61,264 nt of DNA, filler included, from 4 parts of 4 records of this genome joined end to end with filler, not necessarily neighbours in it, one strand, 5' to 3'. Counted from the whole stretch's first letter, positions 1 through 9,992 are shown. Numbers and translations: made by a program. The notes: generated from the letters alone by a model not told the origin.

Positions 1-25
1 ACACGGAGTGTGCCTACTACTTTGG
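1..25 (-). repeat. REP-like repeat (GTAG class), reverse copy truncated by contig start
   Basis: Reverse complement of 1-25 is CCAAAGTAGTAGGCACACTCCGTGT, matching the copies at 6922-6950 and 6972-7000; GTAG is followed by the GGCACAC-TCC-GTGTGCC hairpin. Confidence 0.8.
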
Positions 26-74
26 GGGCAGCGACTATGAGGACAGCTACTCACGTAACGTGTTCCCGGCAGCG

Positions 75-3000
75 CTAGTGCCAGAGCTCGTCTTCGTCCA
101 AGTCGACGAAAAAGCTGTCGACGAGTGGAGCGTAGCTTGGTTGTTTGACTGGCGATGCCGCGGGGTGGTCGCCGTCGGGAAGCTCGGAGTTCTGCGCGGC
201 CGACTGGTTTAGCCTGTTGATGACCAGCAGCGCGTCCAGCGGTGAGACAAAGCCGTCGCCGTTGGTGTCGCGGCGATCAGGAACTTGAAGTAAGCCCGTT
301 CGTTCCGCTTCAGCGTTCAGCATGTTGATCACCAACAGTGCGTCCAGAGGCGAAGTGAATCCGTCCTGGTTAACGTCAACGGCAGCAAACTCTGCACTTG
401 GAGTTGTTTTGCTCGAACCGCTTCCGTCAACTTGGCTATTGGAAGACGATTGGCTACTTGAAGATGATGGTGCGAAAGCAACGTAGGCAACTTGCTCAGG
501 CGTATGCTTACGTTCGGTGTCCTTCGACTGGTCTTCTTCGATGCCCAAGTTGATCCCGTCACCGGAAACGGGCGTGTCGCCTCGAAGCACGGCCCAGCCG
601 CCGTTGCCACCATCCATGGCGGCTTGGCTCAGGACGGCCGAGGTCGCGCCAGGTAGTCCTATTGATGAGTATTGGTGGGTCGAGTTTTGGACAGCGTCAC
701 CCATCCCCTTGATCGCATCGGCACCGAGTGCAGCCACAACGGAGTGGCCGTCGAGCTCAACTGGACCAGTGGTCGTTGCTTCGAACACGATGTAGCCGAC
801 CGTTTCATCGCCGCGCGATGCGCTGGGATCCTCACCAACATGCTTGCCCACTCGAAGAACCGAGTTGCTCGGGTTCTGTCGCGTGTTCCCTGCAGCCCAG
901 AACGTCGACCATGCTGGATCGTTGTATGTCATGACTTGACCAACAACGACCGGCGAAGTGTAGCTTTGTTGATACGACCTCGTTTCACCGACCCAGGAGT
1001 TGTTTTCGTCAGTTACGGTCGAGTTGTACTTGACTGCCTCAAGCTTATAACCACCGCTTCCGGGCACATTGTAAACGCCCTCTTCCATCACCATGTAGTG
1101 AACGTCCATCGAGCCAACTGCATTCGGGCCAGCAGCGTCAACTCGCATTTCAAAAGTGTTGCCAGCTTCAGCATTGCGGATGCGAACAACCGCCGGGGCG
1201 TCGCTGGTTGCGTAGTTGGGCGTAGCGACAACGACCATCGACGTGTAGGACTTCGGTAAAGTGATCGTCTGCCAAGAGCTCGTCACGCCCGATGCAATGC
1301 CTTGTGAAAGCATGGGGCCGGTCGCGACTGGGTTGACCGTCAGGTTCACAGTAACCGTGTTGCCAAAACCCGTGCCATCGTTTGCTCGGTACGAGAAGCT
1401 ATCGGTGCCGACGAATCCGGTGGCGGGAGTGTAGGTGAATGAACCATCGGCAGAAAGCGAGACTGTGCCGCTGGCCGGATCAGTGACAAGCGATGCAGTG
1501 AGTGAATCACCGTCGACATCGGAGTCGTTGCTCAGTACGCCCGGGGCGTTGACCGTTAGCGGCGTGTCTTGATCGAGTGAAGCCGAATCACTTGCGGAAA
1601 CAGGAAGGTCGTTGACGGCAGCGACGCTGATCGAAATCGTGGCTGGCGAGCTGCTTGTGGTGCCGTCGTTAGCCCTAAACGTAAAGCTGTCCGAGCCATT
1701 GAAGTTCGCGTTTGGCGTGTAGGTTGCCACGCCTGCATTGATGGTAACCGAGCCATTCGCGGGACCAGATAGTACACTGAACGTTAAAGTGTCCCCGTCG
1801 ATATCGGCACCGGACAATGGAATTGTAACGGCGGTATCTTCATTCGTGCTCGCCGAACCGCCACCGGCAGTTGGTGCATCGTTGACAGGCGTTACCGCGA
1901 TCGCGACAGTTGCCAAAGCACTGTCGTCAATGCCGTCGTTAACTCGGAACGTGAAGCTATCGCTGCCGTTGAAATTCGGATTAGGCGTATAGGTAACATC
2001 CGGTGCAGTGCCCGTTAAGGTGCCACTTTGCGGAAGATCGACCACTTCGAAAGTGATCGCGTCGTCGTCCGCGTCGGTGCCGGAGAGTGTTATCGCAAGC
2101 GAACCGTCTTCGTTGACGCTTACCGTTTGCCCGCCAGCTACCGGTGCGTTGTTGTCGGTGACGGTAATGGTCACGGTCGCAGTCGAGCTGTCGGTGGTTC
2201 CGTCATTTGCAACGTACGAGAACGTGTCGATCCCAGTGAAGCCTACGTTCGGTGTGTAAACCAGGTTTTGACCTTGGCCAGTAAGCGTTCCGTTGGCTGG
2301 GGGAGTTTGTATCGCGTAGGTCAGCACATCACCGTCGATGTCTGTCGCGGAAAGTGTGATCGCTTTTGAGTTGTTTTCCTTGACTGATGCCGTCAGGTCG
2401 TTGGCGACCGGCGCATCGTTTACGGCGGCAACTGAGATCTGGACCGTTGCCAAGTTGGATTGGTCGGTACCGTCAAAGGCGCAGTACGTGAAACTGTCGG
2501 TCCCGTTGAAGTTAGCGTCCGGCGTGTAGCTGAACGCTCCATCTGCGTTCAGCGTCACAGTTCCGTGGTTCGCTTGGCCAATGAGAATCGCGGTGAGCGC
2601 GTCGCCGTCGGGATCAGCATCGTTGCTTAGAACGCCGACCGCCGATGAAACAACTAGTTGACTGTCTTCGAGGCCGTTGGAGTAGGAATCAGAGCTCGCT
2701 GATGGAGCATTATTTGGTGGTTGAGCGAAGCTGGTCGCCATCAACCTGACATTGTCGACGTGGCCATCCTCACGACTGCTGCTCACCTTTGCTCGATATC
2801 GGAATTGGAAATCGCTTACCAGGTACTGCGAGTCGAGCTCAATGGTGTGGCTGTGCCAAGTGTTCTCTTGGTCGACATTGCCGTCGAGTGACTCGATCAC
2901 ATTCCAGCTCGATCCATTCCAGAACTCAAGCTTGATGTACTCGTTTGTATCCCAGCTACTTTCGATGAACCAATCGAAACTGAATTCGGCACTTCCGTAG

Positions 3001-6000
3001 GCGGTCATGTCGATCGGGCTGGACACCGTCAGTGTCGCGTTATTCGCCCAGCCATCGATCTCGGCCGAGTAGCTACCTTCGCTGCGTCGCATCGACCGTC
3101 GGCGCCAGTCGTTCTGGCTGTCCTCAACCCACTTGCCGTTCCATTCGCCTACCTCAAAACTGTCATAGAAGAGCTCGATTGGTGCGTCATTGTCAAGGTT
3201 GACGCCGCTCACATTGGCCGCATCCAAGCCGTTGTATCGCGAATCATCGCTCGAGGCGGGTTGCGTAATGATCTCGTAGCCAGCGTCACCGTCAATGGTT
3301 GAATCGTCGACTCCGGTAACCGTTACCACTTGTGGAAGGTTCCAGTTCGCGGGAGTAAAAGTCAAGGTGCTTGGCGAAAGGCTCGCTTCGCCCGTGTCGC
3401 TGCTCGTAAGGTCGATCGTGGCATCGGCCGTCGGTGCAACGTCCAGTACGACGCTAAACTGGTCCGAACCACCAGACTCGCTCGTCTCGAGTCCACCTAG
3501 TGGTGTTACGGTAATGCCTGGCGCGTATGCCAACTTCATGATGAAGCTAGCCAAGTTGGAGCTGTTCACAAACGACTCTCCGGTGGGCATCTCTGCTTCG
3601 CCGGTATAGTATCGACCGGTCACGAACAGATTGCCGTCATCGTCGGAGGCCACACCATTGACCCAACTCGAGTCGCCAACCACCTGATGGACGTGCTTGA
3701 AATTGCCACCCTGATCGAGCCGAATCAAGAAGCCGTCGCCGCCGCTAGCCGTGCGACTGACCGCTGCCGCACCGGGATCCAAATCACTTGAGTCGTAGAA
3801 AGTGCCGCTAACCAAGATGTCACCAGTCGAGTCGATGTCGATCTGCCGAATGTACTCGTGTCCGGTGCCAGTCAATGTTCCGCTGGAAAGCAAGTTCCCC
3901 GCGGAGTCCCACTGTGAGAGGTATCCGTCGTAGCTGTCGGTGCTTGTCAAAGTCGTCGTCGAATCAAGCTGGAACGAACCTCGGAAGCGTCCGCCTAGCG
4001 TCACGACTCCTGCGCCGCTGACCGCCATCGCTGGGAACGAAACATGGTCAGTTGCGGTAAGGTGATTTATCCAAGCGAGATCGCCCGAACTGTCAACTTT
4101 CAGGAGGAAAGTGTCATACTGCCCACCACTGGTCAAAGTGGTAGTGCCTGAATCGCCGTACTGAAACTGAGCCGTGTCTCTGAATCGTCCAGCGACGTAC
4201 ATGTTGCCCGCATCATCAAAAGCGGTCTCCTCGACACGCACGTAGTTGCTGCCACTAAACGACTCGACCGCCACAAAATCGCCGTCGGTAGTGTATTCCG
4301 CTATGTAGGCGTCTCGCGAACCTGCCGACGTTAGTGTCGTGGTGCCCGCGCCGGGGTCAAAGTCGACGATGCTTTGGAATGTTCCGGAGGCGAGCAGGTT
4401 ACCTGATGGGGCGATGTCAAGGTCGATCATCGAATCCGACTCGGTTCCGCCCCAAGTGCGAACCCAGTCGACGTTTCCTGCTGGCGTTAGTTTGAACAGG
4501 TACGCGTCGCTGCTGCCGGACGAAACGACGGTGTTTGAGCCGAACTGGGCGTCAGACGAAGAGGTAGAACCGGTGACGTAGGCGTTCCCCGATGCATCGA
4601 AGACCAATCCGTTGATTAACTCAGTGCCATCTCCGGTGAACGTGCTAACTCGTAAGAATTCACCGTTAGGCGTGTAGACAGCGACGAAGGCATCTAAGTT
4701 ACTTAGTCCTGTGTCGGACAACTGCGACGATCGCTCGGCAACGCCTGGGCCTGGATCAAAATCGACCGTGCCAGAGAACTCACCTGTTTGGTAGATATTA
4801 CCGTCGGGCCCAACGTAGATCATATCCTGTGCAACTGTGAATGTACTTTCAAGCTCGATGGCCCATCCGCTAGCCCGCACACTGAATCGCTGCGTAAACG
4901 CGTCATCCAAACCGCCGGCAGTTTCGTCTTCGTTTTGGTTCATCGGATTGCCAGCTTGGTCGAGAACGTCTGGACCAATCGTCAGATCGTATAGCCCTTC
5001 AACTGCCGTCGAGGCGAACTGAATATCAAACTTTCGGTCATTTGAGCCAGCTACGACAACGACGTTTGATGCAAGCATCTCGCCAGTTGGCCCAGCCAGT
5101 TGCACGTCGTCGACACCGAAGCTGGCCGGATCGATGGGAGCGTCAAAGTCAACTCGAATGGTGTCGAAACCAGTTTGCAGGACGCCCGTGGTCGAAACCG
5201 ATGCAACCCGAGGTCCCGGGCTGCCTTCGAATCCGCGGACAGAATACGAACCAATAAACCCGTAGTCAGCAGTCTTGGTGACGAATAGAAAATAGTCACC
5301 GGCGGTTAGATCCGACACGATCCTTGCCGAGCGAGAGTCGGTCGGATTGTCCGTCGCAATGATACTGCCGCTCGCATCGCGAAGTTCGATGACGGCGTCC
5401 AGGTTTGGAGCGATATTGTCTGCTCCGACTTCGAACACATGCTTGCCTCCATCGGTGCTGAATGAGTACACATCGACGTCGGAATTCGTCTCGATGATGC
5501 CACTAGCCGTCCAGTACTGACCATCGAAACTCAGCGGCTGGGCGGTCGAGATCGTATCGCCAACTTCATCGCTGCGATAACCGAACTGATTCTGCGATCG
5601 AGTCAGTAGAGCCAGGTCGTCTTGGTAGGAAGTAGGGCCATAGATATTCGGACCGTTGTACCAAATCGACGTTTCAATCGTATTGGAAGCACCTTGTCCC
5701 ATGAGCGGAGCCCAATCGTCTTGCACGCCAGGATTGTATTCCTCCAGTTGTGTGCCCGACGCGTCGTAGAGGCTTTGGTGCCGCAGCCCGTAAGCATGGC
5801 CCGCTTCGTGGCTAACAACCTCTGCAACCGAGCGCGGGTTGCCGGCAGAGCGATTGACACTGAAAACGTATGCTACGTTCGGGACGCTGCTGGTGTACGA
5901 GTCGACGTAGGCTGTGCCCCCCGACGACGAGCCTCGCCAGTCTTCCCAGGAGCCGCCGATTGCAATTCGGAGAGCGACACCGTTGGCATCGTCGTCCGGC

Positions 6001-6788
6001 ACATTGTCAGCCAGAACAGGTGGTTGTACCGTCGTTACGTCGATATTGAACGGAGCGAAGTCTTCGGCGACACGTTCCCATATCTCTTGAATGTTCGACA
6101 GTTCCTCGCTGCTGAACGATGACTGATCACCGTCAGTATCGTAAACGGGCGTAACTAAATTGCTGTAGCTGCCCCAGCTCGCTTCGTAGTGGCCGTCGAA
6201 ATCCAAGTATAGTTTTGCGGTCGCACTTGGCAGGCTGCTCAACTGGGGGATCGAGGAGAGCGAAGCGGCCGCGAAGGCGTTACCTCCCCCTGAGGAGCCA
6301 GACGCGGCGGCTGCATCATCCTGAGGTGCGTCAGAGCGCCCCAAGATACTGGTCAGGCCGCCGAAGTTGCATTGGCACGCGCCGCATCCGTGGATTGGGC
6401 AATATCCATCATCGCTTTCATGTTGATGCTGGTGACTGCCGACTTGTCCGTGATCATGGTCGTGGAAATGGCTGTGATCGTGCGAGTGGTCGTGGTTGTC
6501 GCCTTGGCCGTGATCTAGCTCGCCACCCATGACGTCGGCAGTAGTGAGAGGTTCCCATACGAATTCATGGCTGCCGTCCGGACCGTGATGAATTTGAGTG
6601 TAGGGATCGGCGGTGCTTTCGAATCGCCAAACGGCCTGCTGAGGGCCAACTTCTACATCGATTTCATTTGGTGCGGCGGTAAGTAGTCGTCGCTCTTCAA
6701 GTGACTCAGCTCGAAGCTGCCGCGCGAAACGCGATTGAAGGTCCTTGCGTGTTGCTTGACGAGTTGACTTGCGGCGATTGAAAAGCAT
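75..6788 (-). CDS. Large secreted multidomain protein: planctomycete extracellular N-terminal motif, metzincin Zn-protease, PPC domain, SBBP-like beta-propeller repeats, cadherin/Big_9-like repeats, C-terminal dockerin type I-like
   Basis: RQLRAESLEERRLLT N-terminal motif; HEAGHAYGLRH (5778-5810) plus downstream WAPLMG Met-turn; DFDPGPG/DFDPGAG repeats; repeated VNDAPVA...YTPNxNFNGxDSFTF units; DVNQDGFTSPLDALLVIN/DTNGDGFVSPLDALLVIN duplicate. Confidence 0.9.
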   Translation of the reverse strand: MLFNRRKSTRQATRKDLQSRFARQLRAESLEERRLLTAAPNEIDVEVGPQQAVWRFESTADPYTQIHHGPDGSHEFVWEPLTTADVMGGELDHGQGDNHDHSHDHSHFHDHDHGQVGSHQHQHESDDGYCPIHGCGACQCNFGGLTSILGRSDAPQDDAAAASGSSGGGNAFAAASLSSIPQLSSLPSATAKLYLDFDGHYEASWGSYSNLVTPVYDTDGDQSSFSSEELSNIQEIWERVAEDFAPFNIDVTTVQPPVLADNVPDDDANGVALRIAIGGSWEDWRGSSSGGTAYVDSYTSSVPNVAYVFSVNRSAGNPRSVAEVVSHEAGHAYGLRHQSLYDASGTQLEEYNPGVQDDWAPLMGQGASNTIETSIWYNGPNIYGPTSYQDDLALLTRSQNQFGYRSDEVGDTISTAQPLSFDGQYWTASGIIETNSDVDVYSFSTDGGKHVFEVGADNIAPNLDAVIELRDASGSIIATDNPTDSRSARIVSDLTAGDYFLFVTKTADYGFIGSYSVRGFEGSPGPRVASVSTTGVLQTGFDTIRVDFDAPIDPASFGVDDVQLAGPTGEMLASNVVVVAGSNDRKFDIQFASTAVEGLYDLTIGPDVLDQAGNPMNQNEDETAGGLDDAFTQRFSVRASGWAIELESTFTVAQDMIYVGPDGNIYQTGEFSGTVDFDPGPGVAERSSQLSDTGLSNLDAFVAVYTPNGEFLRVSTFTGDGTELINGLVFDASGNAYVTGSTSSSDAQFGSNTVVSSGSSDAYLFKLTPAGNVDWVRTWGGTESDSMIDLDIAPSGNLLASGTFQSIVDFDPGAGTTTLTSAGSRDAYIAEYTTDGDFVAVESFSGSNYVRVEETAFDDAGNMYVAGRFRDTAQFQYGDSGTTTLTSGGQYDTFLLKVDSSGDLAWINHLTATDHVSFPAMAVSGAGVVTLGGRFRGSFQLDSTTTLTSTDSYDGYLSQWDSAGNLLSSGTLTGTGHEYIRQIDIDSTGDILVSGTFYDSSDLDPGAAAVSRTASGGDGFLIRLDQGGNFKHVHQVVGDSSWVNGVASDDDGNLFVTGRYYTGEAEMPTGESFVNSSNLASFIMKLAYAPGITVTPLGGLETSESGGSDQFSVVLDVAPTADATIDLTSSDTGEASLSPSTLTFTPANWNLPQVVTVTGVDDSTIDGDAGYEIITQPASSDDSRYNGLDAANVSGVNLDNDAPIELFYDSFEVGEWNGKWVEDSQNDWRRRSMRRSEGSYSAEIDGWANNATLTVSSPIDMTAYGSAEFSFDWFIESSWDTNEYIKLEFWNGSSWNVIESLDGNVDQENTWHSHTIELDSQYLVSDFQFRYRAKVSSSREDGHVDNVRLMATSFAQPPNNAPSASSDSYSNGLEDSQLVVSSAVGVLSNDADPDGDALTAILIGQANHGTVTLNADGAFSYTPDANFNGTDSFTYCAFDGTDQSNLATVQISVAAVNDAPVANDLTASVKENNSKAITLSATDIDGDVLTYAIQTPPANGTLTGQGQNLVYTPNVGFTGIDTFSYVANDGTTDSSTATVTITVTDNNAPVAGGQTVSVNEDGSLAITLSGTDADDDAITFEVVDLPQSGTLTGTAPDVTYTPNPNFNGSDSFTFRVNDGIDDSALATVAIAVTPVNDAPTAGGGSASTNEDTAVTIPLSGADIDGDTLTFSVLSGPANGSVTINAGVATYTPNANFNGSDSFTFRANDGTTSSSPATISISVAAVNDLPVSASDSASLDQDTPLTVNAPGVLSNDSDVDGDSLTASLVTDPASGTVSLSADGSFTYTPATGFVGTDSFSYRANDGTGFGNTVTVNLTVNPVATGPMLSQGIASGVTSSWQTITLPKSYTSMVVVATPNYATSDAPAVVRIRNAEAGNTFEMRVDAAGPNAVGSMDVHYMVMEEGVYNVPGSGGYKLEAVKYNSTVTDENNSWVGETRSYQQSYTSPVVVGQVMTYNDPAWSTFWAAGNTRQNPSNSVLRVGKHVGEDPSASRGDETVGYIVFEATTTGPVELDGHSVVAALGADAIKGMGDAVQNSTHQYSSIGLPGATSAVLSQAAMDGGNGGWAVLRGDTPVSGDGINLGIEEDQSKDTERKHTPEQVAYVAFAPSSSSSQSSSNSQVDGSGSSKTTPSAEFAAVDVNQDGFTSPLDALLVINMLNAEAERTGLLQVPDRRDTNGDGFVSPLDALLVINRLNQSAAQNSELPDGDHPAASPVKQPSYAPLVDSFFVDLDEDELWH

Positions 6789-6921
6789 GAATTCCTCGGG
6801 CGTAGAGTAGGGTAACCTGCGGGGTGATTTGCTGTCTCAACCACCAATGCGAAAGTTACTTCCCGTTTGTCCGGAAGATTCCGTAGCTTTTCTGAAATTC
6901 TCTGCGCCCCAAAATATCTGC

Positions 6922-7000
6922 CCAAAGTAGCAGGCACACTCCGTGAGCCGTCCTCCACCCGAAATTTGCGACCAAAGTAGCAGGCACACTCCGTGTGCCG
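6922..7000 (+). repeat. Two tandem REP-like repeats (29 bp, 50-bp period)
   Basis: CCAAAGTAGCAGGCACACTCCGTGAGCCG (6922-6950) and CCAAAGTAGCAGGCACACTCCGTGTGCCG (6972-7000). Confidence 0.85.
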
Positions 7001-7100
7001 NNNNNNNNNNNNNNNNNNNNNNNNNNNNNNNNNNNNNNNNNNNNTTAATTAATTAANNNNNNNNNNNNNNNNNNNNNNNNNNNNNNNNNNNNNNNNNNNN
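7001..7100. other. Artificial contig linker
   Basis: N-run with central TTAATTAATTAA (7045-7056), which places stops in all six frames. Confidence 0.98.
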
Positions 7101-7101
7101 C

Positions 7102-7488
7102 GACGACGACGACGACGACGACGATGATGAGTCAGATGACGACGATGACGACGATGATGAGTCAGACGGCGACGAGTCCGATGACGATGATGACGATGCT
7201 GAGTCAGATGACGATGACGACGCCGAGCCTGGAAACGAGCTCGACGCTGAAGCCGAAGATGCTCCGGACAAAAATACTGACAGCCGCAGCGACCGGCAGG
7301 CTGCAGACACCGTGACTAACAAGAGTTCAAAAGACGCAAGCGAAGCTGCGGAGCTCAAGCCGATGTTTAGCAGGAAAAGTGAGCCAAATCCACCCTTAGA
7401 TCAACGACCAGCCGGCGAGCAGCCGGAAGACCACACGTCGGAAGAGGCCGAAAAACCGAAAGTGCAGTTTTTGAAGCGCCGCCGTTGA
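7102..7488 (+). CDS. 3' fragment of an unknown protein with a very acidic (Asp/Glu) low-complexity region and basic end (KRRR)
   Basis: Open frame from the contig edge: DDDD...ESDDD...AEPGNELDAE...EKPKVQFLKRRR, TGA at 7486-7488. Confidence 0.7.
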   Translation, partial: DDDDDDDDDESDDDDDDDDESDGDESDDDDDDAESDDDDDAEPGNELDAEAEDAPDKNTDSRSDRQAADTVTNKSSKDASEAAELKPMFSRKSEPNPPLDQRPAGEQPEDHTSEEAEKPKVQFLKRRR

Positions 7489-7497
7489 TTGAGCCGT

Positions 7498-8007
7498 TTA
7501 GGACAGGCCAAAGAGTTTTTTGTACTCGTCGATTTCCGCGCGGCTAACCTTGCGCGGTTTCTCGCCACCGTCATTTGGTGATTGGCGTTTGGCGGCCGAC
7601 GTATTTTTTTGTGTGCGCGCCTGCGATTTATTTATGCGATCCAAAAAGTTTTCAACGCGCATCGTTGTGCACTCAAAACGACGCGCGTAGGCGGCAACTT
7701 CGATGTCATTTGAGACCACAATCCACTCGCCGGAGCGCCGTGAGCCACGTATAATTTTTTTGATGACGGCGTCGGCATTCTGATTTACACGTGTACCGCG
7801 GACAAAAACTACATCCTCAAAGGTGCGTGATTTGACGTCCTCACCGTCAAAGACCAGGGTGCAACGGACGTCGTGTTTGCCGCGTGCGTAGGATTTGCAG
7901 GCGTCGATCAGAACGCTGCGTGCGTCGTGCAGGGATTGTCTGAGAAGGTCGCGCCAGTCGGGATTGGCGTGCAGGACATTGTGGGCATCTATCAAATAAT
8001 TAGTCAT
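7498..8007 (-). CDS. YacP-like NYN domain protein (PIN-fold RNase)
   Basis: YLIDAHN, VFDG, ADAVI and VVSND acidic motifs typical of NYN_YacP. Confidence 0.85.
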   Translation of the reverse strand: MTNYLIDAHNVLHANPDWRDLLRQSLHDARSVLIDACKSYARGKHDVRCTLVFDGEDVKSRTFEDVVFVRGTRVNQNADAVIKKIIRGSRRSGEWIVVSNDIEVAAYARRFECTTMRVENFLDRINKSQARTQKNTSAAKRQSPNDGGEKPRKVSRAEIDEYKKLFGLS

Positions 8008-8357
8008 GATGATTTACTCATTTGGAAGCGCAGGGCAGGCATGGACATTAATGAATGCTTTGCGTTTTTGGGCGATTTTGAGCTATTTCCCCAGCTCGGC
8101 GACCCTGCTTTTAGTCGGGAAACCTGGCAGTTTTTTGAACTTTAAGCGCATGAATAATCCGCAAGAAGACCAAATTGATGCGGAAGATTCGTATTTTAGT
8201 TGTTTGCTGCATTCGACACATATTTACCGGACATAATCCGGGATGACGAATGATGGCCTGAAATCAGTGCGGAAAGTGGGCCGCCGGCTGCGCGTATTGG
8301 CAGCGAATCCGGCTCACGCGCCATATCAGTTACGGAATGTAAAGGACAAGAGGACGC

Positions 8358-9242
8358 ATGATCATTAGCATGACAGGTTTCGGTCGCGGGCAGGTTTCGA
8401 ATGACGATTTGACCGTTACTGCCGAAATTCGCAGTGTCAACAGCCGCTTTCTTGAGATTTCAACCGGCGGACTGCCGCGGCGCTTTGCCGCGTTCGAGAA
8501 CGAAATTCGCGACATGATCAAAGGCAAGCTTTCGCGCGGTAAACTTAACGTGAGCGTTACAGTTGACAATACCAGCGAAGCGGCATCTGACGGCCTTGTC
8601 AACATACCGGCGGCTAAATCCTATCTGGGCGCGCTGCAAACCATCCGCAAGGAACTCAAAATTAAGGAAACTGTCAAGTTGGAGCATCTGCTGACCAACG
8701 CCGACATTTTCCGTCCGGTGGAAGGTGACAACGCGGTTGTAGAAGAAGAATTCGAAATAGTGGCCGAAGCAATTGAAGCGGCGCTGGACGAATTGGTGAC
8801 GATGCGCGAAAAAGAAGGCCGTGAGCTGCGTGACGACATGGCCAAACGCATCAAAACCATCGAGAAAAACGTTGATAACATCGAGAAGATGACAATCGAC
8901 CGCATTCCGCAGGAGCGTCAGCGTCTGCGTGAGCGCATCGGCAAATTGTTTGAGAGCGATGAGATTGACGAGCAGCGCCTGGAGATGGAAATCGTGATCC
9001 TGGCCGACAAGCTCGATATCTCCGAAGAATGTGTGCGCATGCGCAGCCACATCAAGTTCTTTAACGAGGCGCTCAACGCCAAGGACAAGCCGGGCCGCAA
9101 GATCAACTTCCTGCTGCAGGAAATGAACCGCGAAGTAAATACGATGGGCTCCAAGAGCAACGACGCCAAAATCGCACATGTGGTTGTGGCCGTCAAAGAA
9201 GACCTGGAGAAAATCCGCGAGCAGGTTCAAAACATCGAATAA
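8358..9242 (+). CDS. yicC: YicC/YloC family endoribonuclease
   Basis: SMTGFGR start, EIRSVNSRFLE, GRKINFLLQEMNREVNTMGSK, KIREQVQNIE; canonical position upstream of gmk. Confidence 0.95.
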   Translation: MIISMTGFGRGQVSNDDLTVTAEIRSVNSRFLEISTGGLPRRFAAFENEIRDMIKGKLSRGKLNVSVTVDNTSEAASDGLVNIPAAKSYLGALQTIRKELKIKETVKLEHLLTNADIFRPVEGDNAVVEEEFEIVAEAIEAALDELVTMREKEGRELRDDMAKRIKTIEKNVDNIEKMTIDRIPQERQRLRERIGKLFESDEIDEQRLEMEIVILADKLDISEECVRMRSHIKFFNEALNAKDKPGRKINFLLQEMNREVNTMGSKSNDAKIAHVVVAVKEDLEKIREQVQNIE

Positions 9243-9349
9243 AACAGGCCCTTCTTAACGTCGAGGCCTTTGGCTGAAGGGGCCGCTGCGGCGGCTCCAC
9301 AAAGCCCTCCTTTAGCTTCCAGTAGCCGGCTGTACCTGGCAGTACGACG

Positions 9350-9925
9350 ATGCAAAAACGACTTCTGATCATTTCTGCCCCGAGCGGCGCCGGTAAAACC
9401 ACGATCGCGCGCCGGCTGATGAGCGTCTACCCGCAACTTGGTTTTTCCGTCTCAGCAACCACGCGCGCCAAGCGGCCGGGGGAAGTTGATGGTGAATCGT
9501 ATTTTTTTCTGGAGCGCAGTGACTTTGAGGCGCACATCCAGGCCGGCAATTTAGTTGAGCACGAAGAAATTTACGGCAATTATTACGGGACGCTGCGCAG
9601 CGAAGTTCGCAAGGCCGTGGATGCCGGACGCATTCTCCTGTTTGATGTGGACGTCAAAGGTGCGCTCTCACTTAAACAACAGTTTCAATCTGAGTGCCTG
9701 CTTGTATTTATTGCGCCGCCCAGCCTGGAAGTTTTGCGCGAGCGATTAAACAACCGCCAAACCGAGGATGAGTTGCAGCTCAACAAACGCATGGCGCGCG
9801 CGCAGGAAGAAATGGAATACAGCAAACACTTTGACTATGTGATTGTTAATGACGATCTGGAACAAGCTGTCACTGACTTGTTAAACAAACTCGCATTACA
9901 CTTGCCGGCACCGGCAGTTGATTAG
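9350..9925 (+). CDS. gmk: Guanylate kinase
   Basis: SAPSGAGKTT P-loop, SVSATTR, YYGT, VDVKGA, FIAPPS, YVIVNDDL. Confidence 0.97.
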   Translation: MQKRLLIISAPSGAGKTTIARRLMSVYPQLGFSVSATTRAKRPGEVDGESYFFLERSDFEAHIQAGNLVEHEEIYGNYYGTLRSEVRKAVDAGRILLFDVDVKGALSLKQQFQSECLLVFIAPPSLEVLRERLNNRQTEDELQLNKRMARAQEEMEYSKHFDYVIVNDDLEQAVTDLLNKLALHLPAPAVD

Positions 9926-9961
9926 AGCATCACTTCTGAATCACGTGATGATTGATTTGTA

Positions 9962-9992
9962 GGCCGATAGACTGAGAGTCTTTCGGCTTTTG
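9962..9992 (+). terminator. Intrinsic terminator after gmk
   Basis: GGCCGATAGACT-GAG-AGTCTTTCGGCT stem followed by a T-tract. Confidence 0.65.

Noticed and set aside
329-6958. Many short alternative-frame and antisense ORFs within or next to the 2237-aa gene
   Set aside because: Shadow ORFs of a GC-rich coding region with no recognisable motifs; the same applies to similar ORFs over genes throughout the window
6922-7000. 29-bp direct repeats as a CRISPR array
   Set aside because: The spacer is only 21 bp, an inverted copy lies 7 kb away, and the GTAG-plus-hairpin layout fits REPs
7053-7358. Poly-Ser ORF on the minus strand and the Met/Thr-rich ORF at 7124-7315
   Set aside because: Alternative readings of the GAC/GAT repeat; the Asp-rich plus frame runs cleanly to a stop at 7488
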